Origin: a virus
Direction: 5' to 3' (one strand)
Length of the DNA stretch: 64,000 bases
IMG/VR virus record: IMGVR_UViG_3300028845_000328
This document shows positions 35,433 to 45,972 of the stretch, piece by piece. Both the position numbers and the translations under genes were made by a program. Numbering within the stretch: position 1 is the first letter of the stretch; the number at the start of each line of letters is the position of its first letter. The notes under the pieces were generated by a model that ran no database searches, was not told the origin of the DNA, and was given only the letters and a program-made list of their open reading frames with translations.

Positions 35433-36386
35433 TTATAACATGGCCATACGGATTGGATTGTATCTTGAGCTGTGATTTTCATACCATTGTTTCAACTTAT
35501 TTTCTAATTCCAAAATCCTGGCTCCATACATTGCACTGGTTGCTGATTGAGTTGTCGAAATTGATTCAGATAGCACACCTACACCGATTGAGAACGATGC
35601 TACGCCGGCTGCTCTACCATCCCCGAAAACAGACATTACCTTAATCGCGACAATCATACCTATCACCTGCCTAAGGTCTGCGGGGACTCTGTCAGCAGAA
35701 TCATAACCGGCGATATAGTCTATATAATGTGTTGCCGGTAATTTTGTAGCCGGATAACCACCGAATACTCTAGTAGAGCGCATGGCAACATTTTTGTTGT
35801 AGGAAAACCCAAGGCCTAATGCACCAACATTTCTTAGTTCAGCAGTTTCGTATTTGATCTTTGCTCGGCTGGTCATATCCATAACAATACCGTTTGGTTC
35901 GCCATTTTCGTCTTGTGCAACCGGATTCACGAAATCCCAGTTCAATAGCCGTATTAATGGCCTGTGTCTTAGCTCAATGTAGAAGTTATTCCCTAAATCT
36001 TGATTCTCATAGTCATGCGCATCATACCATTCCGCGTGTGGCTCAATATATCTAGGTATATTCCCCTTCGGACGGTATCTGTAAACAGTAGGGTAGATTT
36101 CGTGTTGTAGCTCTCTTGATAATGCCTTTGTGGTTTCGTGAACCCAACCGCGAAGGTTTTCATCTGTTATATATGACCCGTCTACAGTTACAAGCCGTCC
36201 ATTTCCGTTCATCCATGAATACCGAATTTCATCTGGAGTTACTATTTCTCCCCAACCGATTCCTGGGCTTGGAATTTGCAATGATGGGTCAAGCGGATTC
36301 CTTCCAACATATAACCGTTCCAGTAAATTTCTATTTGCTTCACGATCCGGATTATCGAACAAGAATCCTTTCTTAATCTTAGCCAT
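35433..36386 (-). CDS. Head-tail connector / head completion protein
   Basis: YIAGYDSADRVPADLRQVIG...SIGVGVLSES adaptor-like pattern. Confidence 0.7.
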   Translation of the reverse strand: MAKIKKGFLFDNPDREANRNLLERLYVGRNPLDPSLQIPSPGIGWGEIVTPDEIRYSWMNGNGRLVTVDGSYITDENLRGWVHETTKALSRELQHEIYPTVYRYRPKGNIPRYIEPHAEWYDAHDYENQDLGNNFYIELRHRPLIRLLNWDFVNPVAQDENGEPNGIVMDMTSRAKIKYETAELRNVGALGLGFSYNKNVAMRSTRVFGGYPATKLPATHYIDYIAGYDSADRVPADLRQVIGMIVAIKVMSVFGDGRAAGVASFSIGVGVLSESISTTQSATSAMYGARILELENKLKQWYENHSSRYNPIRMAML

Positions 36387-39300
36387 TTGAGTCCGCCTTC
36401 TTCGATTTCAGAAAATTGAACATGATTATTTTGGCTCTCGCTCCTGATTTTTTAATTTCCTTTACGCCAAGCATTTCAAGAACTTCGGCAATATGATTTG
36501 TTACAATTTCACTTAGGGAAAACTTTACTCTCTTCGCCTCCGTTTCCTTCAATTCTTTTTTAAATTTCTCGATATATTCATCTTTCTTCGTAGTTTGTAA
36601 TTCTCGCGATTGCTCTAATAGCCTATCAGCTTCATCTTGAGATTTTTTGACAAATGCGCGTGCAGTCTCTACCGCATTAAAGGATTTCCTCTCCAATTGC
36701 TGAGTTTTGATACTTATTTTTGTTTTTAGAGCAGAAATATCTTTCTTAATTTTGTCAATTTCTGCTTTATTCTCTTTCAGGAAATCAGCTTCATCGTCAT
36801 AACGCCACCAACTATTTCCTACTTCCTTTCCAGATTCTTCATATTTATCAGGGTTCTTTATGTATTCCATGAATAAAGGGACTTCATCCAGTGATTCCTT
36901 TAGTGAAGTGCTTCTACTATCGAGAAGGTTTTCAGCTTCATCTAGATCATCTAAAATTCCTTGAACAGCAAACGCCCTTGACTGAGCATCCTTTGCTTGT
37001 GCTCTGATCCGCCCGCTTTCTTCCTGCAATACCAATTTTGCCTTTCTCTCAGGGTCTTTAATAATATCATATTTCAACTCGTCTGGGTTTATTTCAGATA
37101 CATCGATTGCAGGGGATCCAGTGTTTTTAAAAATATCATTAATCCGAGATATTTTTTCTCCCTGTTTTTGGTATAATTTTGAATCAATCGAATCCTCCAT
37201 GAGAACATCTACCCACATTGTTTTCTTGAGCTTATTTCCTGGTCTGTGAGCGCGTCCGCGTTTTTGAACTTCGGTTGTTGGATTCCAGTCGATCGAAGTA
37301 TTATAGGCTATCCCGGTATATTTATTGAGGGAGACACCTTCCTTGATTACATCAGTTCCAAGAATAATCCTGCATTTGCCATCCGGATTATTGAAATCTT
37401 TTGTGATTTCTGTAAACCTGGAGAGACCTTTCGCTTTCATTGAAGAATCCCTTGCAGGTGTAGTTTTGGTTTTTGTATCCATTATTTCGATAGCATCACC
37501 AGGAATTCCTTGGTCAACCAGATATTGTTTTATTTTCTGTATATGCTCCACACCCTTCGGCATGAACATGATTTGACCTGGGATAGGTTCGCCTGGTCTT
37601 AGCTCCCGATGCTTATAGTATAATCCTGCAATCGAATCTGCAATAAATTTTAGTTTTGGGGAACGCTCAACTACATCGGCAGTTCCAAGATGGTTAATAT
37701 CAGAGAATTTTTTCCAAATATCTGCTTTTCCGGGTTTCACCAATGCAGGAGATATTCCCATCATTTGTTGCGTACCAATTGAAACTAAAGGCGCTGCACC
37801 GGATGGTTTTCCAGAAGGGTCTTTTTCATCATACATTTCTTCAAGACGATCTCTCATAAGTTTCTGTTCTTCTGATAGAGGCAATACGACAGCCTTCATT
37901 TTTAATTCTGGGCGCTCTACTCCATTTTCATCCCCTTGCTGAAAATCGAAATACTCCCTTACCAAAGATTGGAAGGCGTGACCATTTTTGAAATTCCGGA
38001 CAACTTGCTTTTGCTTTATTTCCCCATTCCCCTCAATTGTATTCTCCCATGTAGTTTCAACAAATGTAGCAATGAAATCCCTGATATTGTAAATCCCCAT
38101 GTCTCGAAGACGTTTTTTTGCTACGATGGAAAGAAGAGAATATACCTGTAATGGATTATTTGTAAATGGTGTAGCTGTTAGTAAAAGTACATTTCTGTCT
38201 TGATTTTCTTTAAGTATGTGTTGAGCTGCAAGATATAGTTTTATCCCCCTTGCGGATGGGCTTCCACTTGTGATCCCACTAAACTCATTTGCCTTTACGG
38301 AGGCTTCTTCTTCATCAGAACTAAGCTTATTGACTCCTCCCAATTGGTCTTTCTTCTTTATATCAACAAAGATATTGTTAAAATTGTGAGCTTCGTCCAC
38401 TGTTATCATGTCGAATCCAGCGTCATCAAATTTCAGAGCAGCTTCAGTTCCAATAGTTGCCACGCCAACCAATTCTTGTATCTGTTCGTCGTCCTGGGCT
38501 TTACCGCGCTTCCCTTTTTCATTGTCTGGGTTGACTATCTGATCTTTTAGGTCATTTGTTAACTCATTGAATCGATTTTCAGAAAAACCAAATCTCTGGA
38601 ACGCATCATAAGACATTATCGTTACAGTGCCATCATCAACTTCGAATTTTCCAGAGTTAGATTTCAATTGGTCATTGAGTTCTGGAGTCCCGATCATTTG
38701 TGATTTTACATTCGGGAAGCGTTCCTTGAATTCAAGTGCCCATTTTTGGAGAACAGATGTAGGTACCACTATCAGAGGTTTTTTAGCTTTACCTGTTTGG
38801 ATAGAAGACACGTTGGCCATCATACCAGTCCATGTTTTCCCGAGTCCGACTTCATGGGTCGCGCATCCAACACCTTTTGTCATATATTCCCCGACAAATC
38901 GCATCTGAATACCTCTGGGGTCTTGATCCTTATCCTTATATTTTCGATTCATCCCTTCCAATACAACTGGTATTTTATTCGAATCAATCTTGGCTACTGA
39001 ATTGAACTGGTCATTCCATTTCTCTGAGAGTTCTTTTTGGTCTTCGTCGGAAAGAATTTCATTTATAAATTGTTTGAAAAGTTTCTCAGCCTGAATCTTG
39101 CGTTCTTTCCTTCTTCTCTGATTCTCCTCAGCGTCGCGACCTGTGACCTTCTCGCCCAATGTGTAGGATTTAATATCCATTGCCGAGCAATCAGTCCCCT
39201 GGAAATATTCCCTTGGCAATCCACCTTCGTAATGAGACAGACCTCTTGAATATCCATAGTCCCGATAGACAGGAGTTCCCAAAACATAATCGAAGAATTT

Positions 39301-42180
39301 TTCAGTTATTTTTTTTCCATCTTGAAAAACCAAAGATTGAACAAATGGTTCAAGTGGAGACAAAACAAGTTTTGACATGTCTATCTTCTTTGGAGTAGCC
39401 GATTCGAGAGCTTTTTTTTGCCTATGATATTGCTCTTCTCCATACTTGTTGATAATGCTATCCTTTGATTTTTCAAGCGCAAATAGCTTGTCTTTGATAT
39501 TCCCGGATTGGTAGATGTATGCCGGCACGAAATCAAACTCTCCATTTCTTCCTTCTACCAGAGCCATCCGATCCTTATCAAAAGGGAGATTTTTTATTCT
39601 ACCGATTGGATCCATGTTTCTGACAATCTCAATATCTTTTTCATCGAAAGACTTATTGAATTTCTTATTAAATTCAGCCTGTGTGTAGAGATTTCTAGGG
39701 TCTATTATTGATGAAGAGTCTTGGATTTTTTCCTTCTTAATTGCCTTAGTCGATTTCTCAGCATTTTTGTTCCCCTTAAGACCTTCTGAAATGGAATTCT
39801 TTGTTTCCTGACTCATCGGTTCTTTAGGTTTTGGCAATTCTAAAGCTATAAAATCTTCAACGTTTCCTTTGATAAATGTTTCTTCCCTTCCAAATCGATT
39901 AATCCTTTTTTCTTCAGAACCAATTATATGCTCCGGATTTTCTTGAAAATATTTCCCTCCGAAAACCAACTTATTATCCTTCTTATTAGAACTGTTTTTC
40001 CTTAAGATAATAATATCGGTTCCAATCCCAGTATTTCCGAACGAACCTTCAGGGAGACGATACGATTCCAAAAGCTCAGCCTTCTCGAAGATTTCCTTTT
40101 TCCAGTTTTCCTCTCCTGCATTCATGAAACTGGACGGTACAACGTAGGCTAAAACTCCACCTTCTTCAAGAGTATCAAGGCCCCTAGAAATGAAATAGTG
40201 TTCATATCTTTTATACCCCTTTCCTTCAATCGCTTTATATCTTCCAGTCATCGCTCCATAAGGAGGGTTTCCAGCAACTAGCCCGTATTTTTTACCAGAA
40301 TATTTATTCCCTAGTGACCGATTTTTCTTATCGATAAACATGGTTTCAAAGGCATTATCTGAAACATTTGCATCTGGGTGAAGAATTCTTGCAATCTGAT
40401 AGGCAGTGTTATCATCAGGATTGTATTCAAGCATATCCCAGCGGTAATTCGTATTTTCGGCAAATCGTCCTATTCCTGCGGCTGGCTCAAGAGCATCCAC
40501 GTCTGGTTTAACATAACGAGATACTATTTCCTGCATTTTTGAAATTACCTTCCTCGGAGTAAAGAACTGGTATAACATCCCGCGAGTAGCTTCCGCATCT
40601 TTATTTGTAGTCTGACCGCCAGAACCCTCATACCTCCGAAGGATTTCCTTTTGTTCATCAGTAATTTGGTATGGAGGCGTAGAAGATAAAATTTGCTTGC
40701 ATTTTTCGTTGATTTCGGCCTGTTTTTTTTGCGACCACTTTTGTTTCACACCAGAAACAGCGTCAATTGCAGAATCGTTTATTTTTTCAGGCAAAGAACG
40801 GTCATCTTTTTTAGCGTTCTGATTTCCTTTCATTGCCTCAGATCGAGACTCAGGATGTGGTACGAGGTAATTATTGTTGTTGACAGAATTCCACCATTGG
40901 TATAAATTACTTTTTAGGGGAGAAAGTTTCCGGCCTTGATTAGTCGGGGGAGCGCTCCCCTTATTTATTATCTCTGATTCAACGAACTCATTGTCATAAA
41001 AGTAATCACCATTATTATTTTCACGGATGATTATTCTGATAAATTCATCTTTTCCATTAATTCTTACCTTTGAACTATAATTATGATAAGCAATAATATT
41101 TTTGTCTTCATTTTTCATATTGGATTCACTCCACAAATAAGTCCCTTTTTGCAATAGTTCTGGTAATTGCGGGATGACACTTATTGTTCGGTTATCAGCA
41201 CTGTGAAAGAATATTTCCTTGAATCCCTTAGTTGAAAATTTGACTTTCCTGCCATCTTTCGTTATAGGAGTTTCGTCTCTTATTTTATCGAATTCATCTT
41301 TTGATATTTTCAGCCTGTCCTTAACATTCAAATTCGGAGGCAACCAACTGGAATCTATGATAACCGGTTCTTGACCAAGTAGTTCTTTCTTTTTTTCTTC
41401 TTTATCTTCTGGTTGCTGTAAGTAATAATTGGATTTTCCAAGCCTTATTCGTCCGTCGCCTCCAGGTTTCCCAAATCCGATTCCAGAATCCCTGCGTATG
41501 CTATCAGGTTTTCCAGCGTTACCGTTTTGTTCTCCATTTTGCAGATTCTTTCCAGTTGCGTAGATACCCACTCCTGACTGTAGTTTTTGAGTTCCAGAAA
41601 CTGGCTCTCCTGTATTTCCTTGTATAGCTGGTCCGATAATTTCTGATCCATTATTTTGCCTCTTCCCATAAATATGATAGAGCTTTCGGAAAATTGACGA
41701 TTTGTAACCACTTTCGGAAGATGTTTTCGATTCTGTTTTTGCTATAACAGCAGTGGCGTAATTTCCGGTCGTTTCGTCCATTTCTTTTGCAACCGGAGTA
41801 TTTTTGGCAACATTTGCAAGCTTTTCCTCTTCAGCAAACCTTGCATCGTATTTTTCCTTGAACTCAAAGTATTTTGTAAAATGTCTTGTCCATTCAGGCA
41901 AGCTGATTCCATCTGTACCGATATTTTTTTTCTTGTACTCATATATGGCTACATGCTCCGGACTACTCGATTCTCCTATGTTGAAATATTGAAGTAGCTT
42001 ACTAATTAATGTTTGGTGGTTTGATTGATGAGTCGCTGGGTGCTCGCTATCATATTCTGTCTTTGTATACCAGTATTTCCAACGGTTATTTTTCCATTCC
42101 CGTTTGTAATATTTGGCTCCCTGCCTTTGTTCGCCTTTGCGACTCTTCAAAAATTCTTTTATCGTCTCATTTGCATTCAT
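36379..42180 (-). CDS. DarB-like polyvalent protein: tag - LPD3-like - adenine MTase - SNF2 helicase
   Basis: LEPAAGIGRF, GNPPYG, HEVGLGKT, DEAH, EVQKRGRAHR; upstream VKFSTKGFKE...GDYFYD LPD3-like domain. Confidence 0.85.
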   Translation of the reverse strand: MNANETIKEFLKSRKGEQRQGAKYYKREWKNNRWKYWYTKTEYDSEHPATHQSNHQTLISKLLQYFNIGESSSPEHVAIYEYKKKNIGTDGISLPEWTRHFTKYFEFKEKYDARFAEEEKLANVAKNTPVAKEMDETTGNYATAVIAKTESKTSSESGYKSSIFRKLYHIYGKRQNNGSEIIGPAIQGNTGEPVSGTQKLQSGVGIYATGKNLQNGEQNGNAGKPDSIRRDSGIGFGKPGGDGRIRLGKSNYYLQQPEDKEEKKKELLGQEPVIIDSSWLPPNLNVKDRLKISKDEFDKIRDETPITKDGRKVKFSTKGFKEIFFHSADNRTISVIPQLPELLQKGTYLWSESNMKNEDKNIIAYHNYSSKVRINGKDEFIRIIIRENNNGDYFYDNEFVESEIINKGSAPPTNQGRKLSPLKSNLYQWWNSVNNNNYLVPHPESRSEAMKGNQNAKKDDRSLPEKINDSAIDAVSGVKQKWSQKKQAEINEKCKQILSSTPPYQITDEQKEILRRYEGSGGQTTNKDAEATRGMLYQFFTPRKVISKMQEIVSRYVKPDVDALEPAAGIGRFAENTNYRWDMLEYNPDDNTAYQIARILHPDANVSDNAFETMFIDKKNRSLGNKYSGKKYGLVAGNPPYGAMTGRYKAIEGKGYKRYEHYFISRGLDTLEEGGVLAYVVPSSFMNAGEENWKKEIFEKAELLESYRLPEGSFGNTGIGTDIIILRKNSSNKKDNKLVFGGKYFQENPEHIIGSEEKRINRFGREETFIKGNVEDFIALELPKPKEPMSQETKNSISEGLKGNKNAEKSTKAIKKEKIQDSSSIIDPRNLYTQAEFNKKFNKSFDEKDIEIVRNMDPIGRIKNLPFDKDRMALVEGRNGEFDFVPAYIYQSGNIKDKLFALEKSKDSIINKYGEEQYHRQKKALESATPKKIDMSKLVLSPLEPFVQSLVFQDGKKITEKFFDYVLGTPVYRDYGYSRGLSHYEGGLPREYFQGTDCSAMDIKSYTLGEKVTGRDAEENQRRRKERKIQAEKLFKQFINEILSDEDQKELSEKWNDQFNSVAKIDSNKIPVVLEGMNRKYKDKDQDPRGIQMRFVGEYMTKGVGCATHEVGLGKTWTGMMANVSSIQTGKAKKPLIVVPTSVLQKWALEFKERFPNVKSQMIGTPELNDQLKSNSGKFEVDDGTVTIMSYDAFQRFGFSENRFNELTNDLKDQIVNPDNEKGKRGKAQDDEQIQELVGVATIGTEAALKFDDAGFDMITVDEAHNFNNIFVDIKKKDQLGGVNKLSSDEEEASVKANEFSGITSGSPSARGIKLYLAAQHILKENQDRNVLLLTATPFTNNPLQVYSLLSIVAKKRLRDMGIYNIRDFIATFVETTWENTIEGNGEIKQKQVVRNFKNGHAFQSLVREYFDFQQGDENGVERPELKMKAVVLPLSEEQKLMRDRLEEMYDEKDPSGKPSGAAPLVSIGTQQMMGISPALVKPGKADIWKKFSDINHLGTADVVERSPKLKFIADSIAGLYYKHRELRPGEPIPGQIMFMPKGVEHIQKIKQYLVDQGIPGDAIEIMDTKTKTTPARDSSMKAKGLSRFTEITKDFNNPDGKCRIILGTDVIKEGVSLNKYTGIAYNTSIDWNPTTEVQKRGRAHRPGNKLKKTMWVDVLMEDSIDSKLYQKQGEKISRINDIFKNTGSPAIDVSEINPDELKYDIIKDPERKAKLVLQEESGRIRAQAKDAQSRAFAVQGILDDLDEAENLLDSRSTSLKESLDEVPLFMEYIKNPDKYEESGKEVGNSWWRYDDEADFLKENKAEIDKIKKDISALKTKISIKTQQLERKSFNAVETARAFVKKSQDEADRLLEQSRELQTTKKDEYIEKFKKELKETEAKRVKFSLSEIVTNHIAEVLEMLGVKEIKKSGARAKIIMFNFLKSKKADSNG

Positions 42181-42188
42181 TGGATTTT

Positions 42189-42218
42189 GACATATTTAAG
42201 AATTATTCGTATTTGCAA
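42189..42218 (-). promoter_or_regulatory. Degenerate late-promoter-like motif TTGCAA-N17-ATATGTC
   Basis: 8 nt upstream of an SD-less ATG at 42180. Confidence 0.5.
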
Positions 42219-42221
42219 GAA

Positions 42222-43676
42222 TTATTCCCAATAAGAATCAAAACCAATGCAAAATAGCAAGGTCTCTGTCGCTGTGGCTGTACCCTCAAGAACCTTTGAA
42301 CAAATTGCAATAAATTGTGACGGATATATTACTATTGGAGAATCGAATTTAACATAAATCCGATCTTCCGCTTTTCCACCTACAGGCGTTCCAACTGGCA
42401 AGGTTAAAAATCCTAATGGCACCTTACGTGGAGCCTTGGTTGTATTCGTTGCAAATGATCCTGATTCAGCAGTAGCTAACGATACGGCTGTATGCCCGAA
42501 TGCTAGAGCCATTGCAAAAGAGAAAGGAGTCGTTGCAACGGGGACGACCTGATTTACTACATCAATCCAAACACCTTTGACATATAGGTTTCGTCCCGTG
42601 ATATTGATAGTTGGATTTGGGTTCTGGAAAGACGAAATAATAATATCCGTCGGACTTGCAGCCATTGCATTCGCCTTAAATAACCCACCCAATCCTGTTC
42701 CCAATGCTGCTGTTGTATTGGTTGCTGTTCCAGTTGTTGGCTGTGCGGTATTTGACCATTGCGCGGTCTGTCCCATTGTATTTCCGTTCTGCCCTTGATG
42801 GCCTGAGAAACCTTTTCCGGCCTGAATATCTGAATAATGTTTCGGATTGTTGAGGTCAGCAAGCGAAATCTGAATATTGCCACACTTCATAAGTGCTGGA
42901 GTTCCCGGTACAACCCCAGTGTTAATCGCTTGTATGGAAAAAGGGAGAGACCCGGCGATGAACGGTTGTGAATTTCCAATTGGTGTCTCCATTACATCAT
43001 ATAGCACATCATCTATCCACAGCTCTGTTTCTGTATTTGTGACAGATAAAACAAAATGATAATTCTTTCCAGGAGTAATCGTAAATCCTGAGATTAGACC
43101 CGATGTTGTTTCGATACCATTGTAATTGAATACTAATTCAAGCCCGGCACTGCTTAAACGGACATAGACCCCGTCGTTTGGTATGGAAGCGGCGGAAGGA
43201 TAAAATAATCCAAATTCGAATTTTTGATTCGCTTCAATTGTCCCTGAGACTGAAACTAAGAAATCAATATACTGGGCAGAACTTCCTACAACAGAAAAGG
43301 TCTGATTGGTTTGAAGTGAACAATATGCCCCGGCAGAAGATGATAGATTATTGTTGATCTCAAGAAAACCCCCGGATTGGGCCATTGTCATTACAGAAAA
43401 GACATGCTTCCAAATAGACGTATTTTGGGCCGGAGCGTTGAAGTTATCCTCGAAAAGAATCGTATCTAATCCTACTCGCAATCTGTAATCTGTTGATACC
43501 TCTGGTGATTTGAGAATTACATTCCCTGTAATAGAACCGGGATCATTCTCGGAAAAATTTCGTATCCCTCCCATTTGTTCAGCAATGTTTGTAAGAGCAA
43601 CTTTTAGTTGATCAAATGTGTCAACCTCTGCGACTCTACCATCGGTTTTGCCCATCAATTTTGTAAACCAGCTCAT
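42222..43676 (-). CDS. Virion structural protein with lectin/LamG-like domain
   Basis: YHFVLSV...ELWIDDVL beta-sandwich pattern; start re-called at the ATGA overlap. Confidence 0.55.
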   Translation of the reverse strand: MSWFTKLMGKTDGRVAEVDTFDQLKVALTNIAEQMGGIRNFSENDPGSITGNVILKSPEVSTDYRLRVGLDTILFEDNFNAPAQNTSIWKHVFSVMTMAQSGGFLEINNNLSSSAGAYCSLQTNQTFSVVGSSAQYIDFLVSVSGTIEANQKFEFGLFYPSAASIPNDGVYVRLSSAGLELVFNYNGIETTSGLISGFTITPGKNYHFVLSVTNTETELWIDDVLYDVMETPIGNSQPFIAGSLPFSIQAINTGVVPGTPALMKCGNIQISLADLNNPKHYSDIQAGKGFSGHQGQNGNTMGQTAQWSNTAQPTTGTATNTTAALGTGLGGLFKANAMAASPTDIIISSFQNPNPTINITGRNLYVKGVWIDVVNQVVPVATTPFSFAMALAFGHTAVSLATAESGSFATNTTKAPRKVPLGFLTLPVGTPVGGKAEDRIYVKFDSPIVIYPSQFIAICSKVLEGTATATETLLFCIGFDSYWE

Positions 43677-44182
43677 GTCCACCTCCAATCTATTTTAAAA
43701 GTTCCTTTTACCAATCCGATCATATTATAAGCATTTATTTTGAATCCAACACCCGCGACTATATCTGATACTACAAATCTAAATGCAATGGCCGCGAATT
43801 TATGCGCATTCTCATCGTTATCAGGAGTCGAACGTGCGACCATAAATGCCTGTATATTGGATGTTTCCAAAATTCCAGCCTGACCAGTAATAGTAACTGA
43901 CCCTTCCTGGGTCGGGATTGCCCCGAAGTCAAGAACCGCAATCCCTGATGTGTTTACTGCTATTTTCCAGTCACTATTTGTTATCCCGCCAATAAGTTGA
44001 TATTGTTTCCCCTCCGATTGAACAAATACAGTCATCCCCTCACGCCTGCGTTGGGTTGAAATGGCATCTCTAGCTGTGAGGTCGGGAACCTCTCTATGAC
44101 CGCCAAGACCATATTTGGAGTCATGCGTCGGATAGGTGTCCGTTGGTGAGGCCGGGACTATTTGAGATGTTACTTTGGGCAT
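43673..44182 (-). CDS. Virion fibre/appendage protein
   Basis: GGHREVPDLTARDAISTQRRREGMTVFV repeat-type domain common in phage fibres. Confidence 0.55.
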   Translation of the reverse strand: MPKVTSQIVPASPTDTYPTHDSKYGLGGHREVPDLTARDAISTQRRREGMTVFVQSEGKQYQLIGGITNSDWKIAVNTSGIAVLDFGAIPTQEGSVTITGQAGILETSNIQAFMVARSTPDNDENAHKFAAIAFRFVVSDIVAGVGFKINAYNMIGLVKGTFKIDWRWT

Positions 44183-44237
44183 CTAATTTCTCTTTTTAGT
44201 TCTGAGATATGATATGATTGAATTGTCAAACATTTTA

Positions 44238-45764
44238 TTAACCAACCCTGAACCTCCAGTCACCTGCGGATGTGTCATAAATAGAACGATAGCATTTGTA
44301 GTTTTCCAGGACAGAGTATTCATTAAGTAGCGGAATCGTGATAAATGGATTGAAATCAGAGATAATTTCAAAAGAGTTATCAAGATCAAAGATGCTTGAA
44401 ATAGATTGAAAAGAGTTCGGAATGCAAATCCATAGATACATTTGTCCCGTGCTTGCACCGAACAAATAATCACCAGATGTTTTATCTTTATATGCAAAAT
44501 TCTGTAATGCAATTATTTCTGAACCATCCAGTATGTCGTCTCCGTAACCCCAATAGATTTTTTTTGTTGCCGTCGCAGGAGATACAGTTATTTTACTCCC
44601 TTCAATATCTGCGTCTGATTCCGTAAGAATGCTATCAAAAATTTCTCCAATGTCAATTGTAGTTTGAGACTGCCGTAGAATCCATTTTCTCGGCTGATTT
44701 TTTTTTGCCAATGCCGATATAGTTGATGATGGTAGAACTACGAATTTTGGATTATATCCATAAACGATAGTCAGTTTATCTGGAATGTTTTTTGTTTCTA
44801 CCTTCACAAAACGAAAATTCACTATTGAATACTCTTGATCGCTGAAGCTTTTTTTTTCTGAATGCAGGGAATAGATTTCCCTAAGCGGAGTATATTTCAC
44901 AGGGAATAGCCCATTAGAATTTCTCCTAATTACCTCTGTCTCGGTCGCAAGCGACAATGTGGAAATAACAATATCACCCTTTGATAAATTAATGTTTGAC
45001 CCAACAATTGCGTCCAAATCACCGGCCTGAATATCAAAGCTTTTATCGGCAAGCCTTTTATCCCGCGAATCAATCGTTCTATACCCTAGCTTTATTGGAG
45101 AATATGTTAGAACTGAAATGTTGAATTTTCGACCCTTTTCTGAGGGAACTGGGAGAATAATATTTTTGTAATCAGTTAGGCACTCCTTCAATTCAGTATA
45201 ACTGCCGTTAGGTTCCATTCTCCAAACAGATAGAACCTTGACAATAATATCTGGGTAAATTCCTAAGTCCAAAATTTTTCCATCTTCATTAAGACCGAAA
45301 TCCCTATAATCAATTTTCTGTACTGCATTGACCTCATAATCACAATCTACCTGCATGTAGTCCTCAAATTCCGGATTCGGTTTTATTTCGATTGTATTTC
45401 CCGAAAATCTAATAACTTCTAATTTTATATTTCCGCCAAAATCGTAATTTCTGAAAACCTCAAGCGTTCTGATTTTACTTATAGGGCCGAAACGGGTATA
45501 GAGAAGACTTCCATCCATATCTTGATTTTGGAGTGTCTCTATTGGCAGGCGCCGCGTCCTATCTACACGATATATTAATTGTTTATCACTTGGCAATGGC
45601 ATCCTATTTTCTTCTGTATTTTCTGGATTCGGAAGTGGCCTGATCCAAATAAACGATTCCCCTTGGCGTTCAATCAGATCATCTGGTGGATTTGGATTAA
45701 ATACAGAAGGTCCAGGTGAAACCTCAAACGGGTTCGATCCTCCGGTTAAATACCGCTTAGCCAT
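44238..45764 (-). CDS. Head closure-like structural protein with C-terminal extension
   Basis: IERQGESFIWIR N-terminus; GDLDAIV...KGDIV; C-terminal beta domain. Confidence 0.5.
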   Translation of the reverse strand: MAKRYLTGGSNPFEVSPGPSVFNPNPPDDLIERQGESFIWIRPLPNPENTEENRMPLPSDKQLIYRVDRTRRLPIETLQNQDMDGSLLYTRFGPISKIRTLEVFRNYDFGGNIKLEVIRFSGNTIEIKPNPEFEDYMQVDCDYEVNAVQKIDYRDFGLNEDGKILDLGIYPDIIVKVLSVWRMEPNGSYTELKECLTDYKNIILPVPSEKGRKFNISVLTYSPIKLGYRTIDSRDKRLADKSFDIQAGDLDAIVGSNINLSKGDIVISTLSLATETEVIRRNSNGLFPVKYTPLREIYSLHSEKKSFSDQEYSIVNFRFVKVETKNIPDKLTIVYGYNPKFVVLPSSTISALAKKNQPRKWILRQSQTTIDIGEIFDSILTESDADIEGSKITVSPATATKKIYWGYGDDILDGSEIIALQNFAYKDKTSGDYLFGASTGQMYLWICIPNSFQSISSIFDLDNSFEIISDFNPFITIPLLNEYSVLENYKCYRSIYDTSAGDWRFRVG

Positions 45765-45972
45765 TTGGCCCCACGCAATGCAAATTATCTTCCCTGCAAA
45801 AATTCAGACATTCATAATAATTTTCCGAATAAAAAAGAATTAATCCATCTGGAATTCTGGTTACCTGGTATCGGATTACTCTTTTAGAAATTTCATAGTT
45901 CCCAAACTTTAAAAGAGTTTTATAATATTCAACCCATACGATTCCAACCTTTACTCTATCCGAATCTGTCAT
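45757..45972 (-). CDS. Hypothetical protein
   Basis: Track ORF, translationally coupled. Confidence 0.45.
   Translation of the reverse strand: MTDSDRVKVGIVWVEYYKTLLKFGNYEISKRVIRYQVTRIPDGLILFYSENYYECLNFCREDNLHCVGPNG

Noticed and set aside
44183-44512. Track ORF 109 aa on the minus strand
   Set aside because: Alternative-frame shadow of the 508-aa structural gene; no SD and no motif
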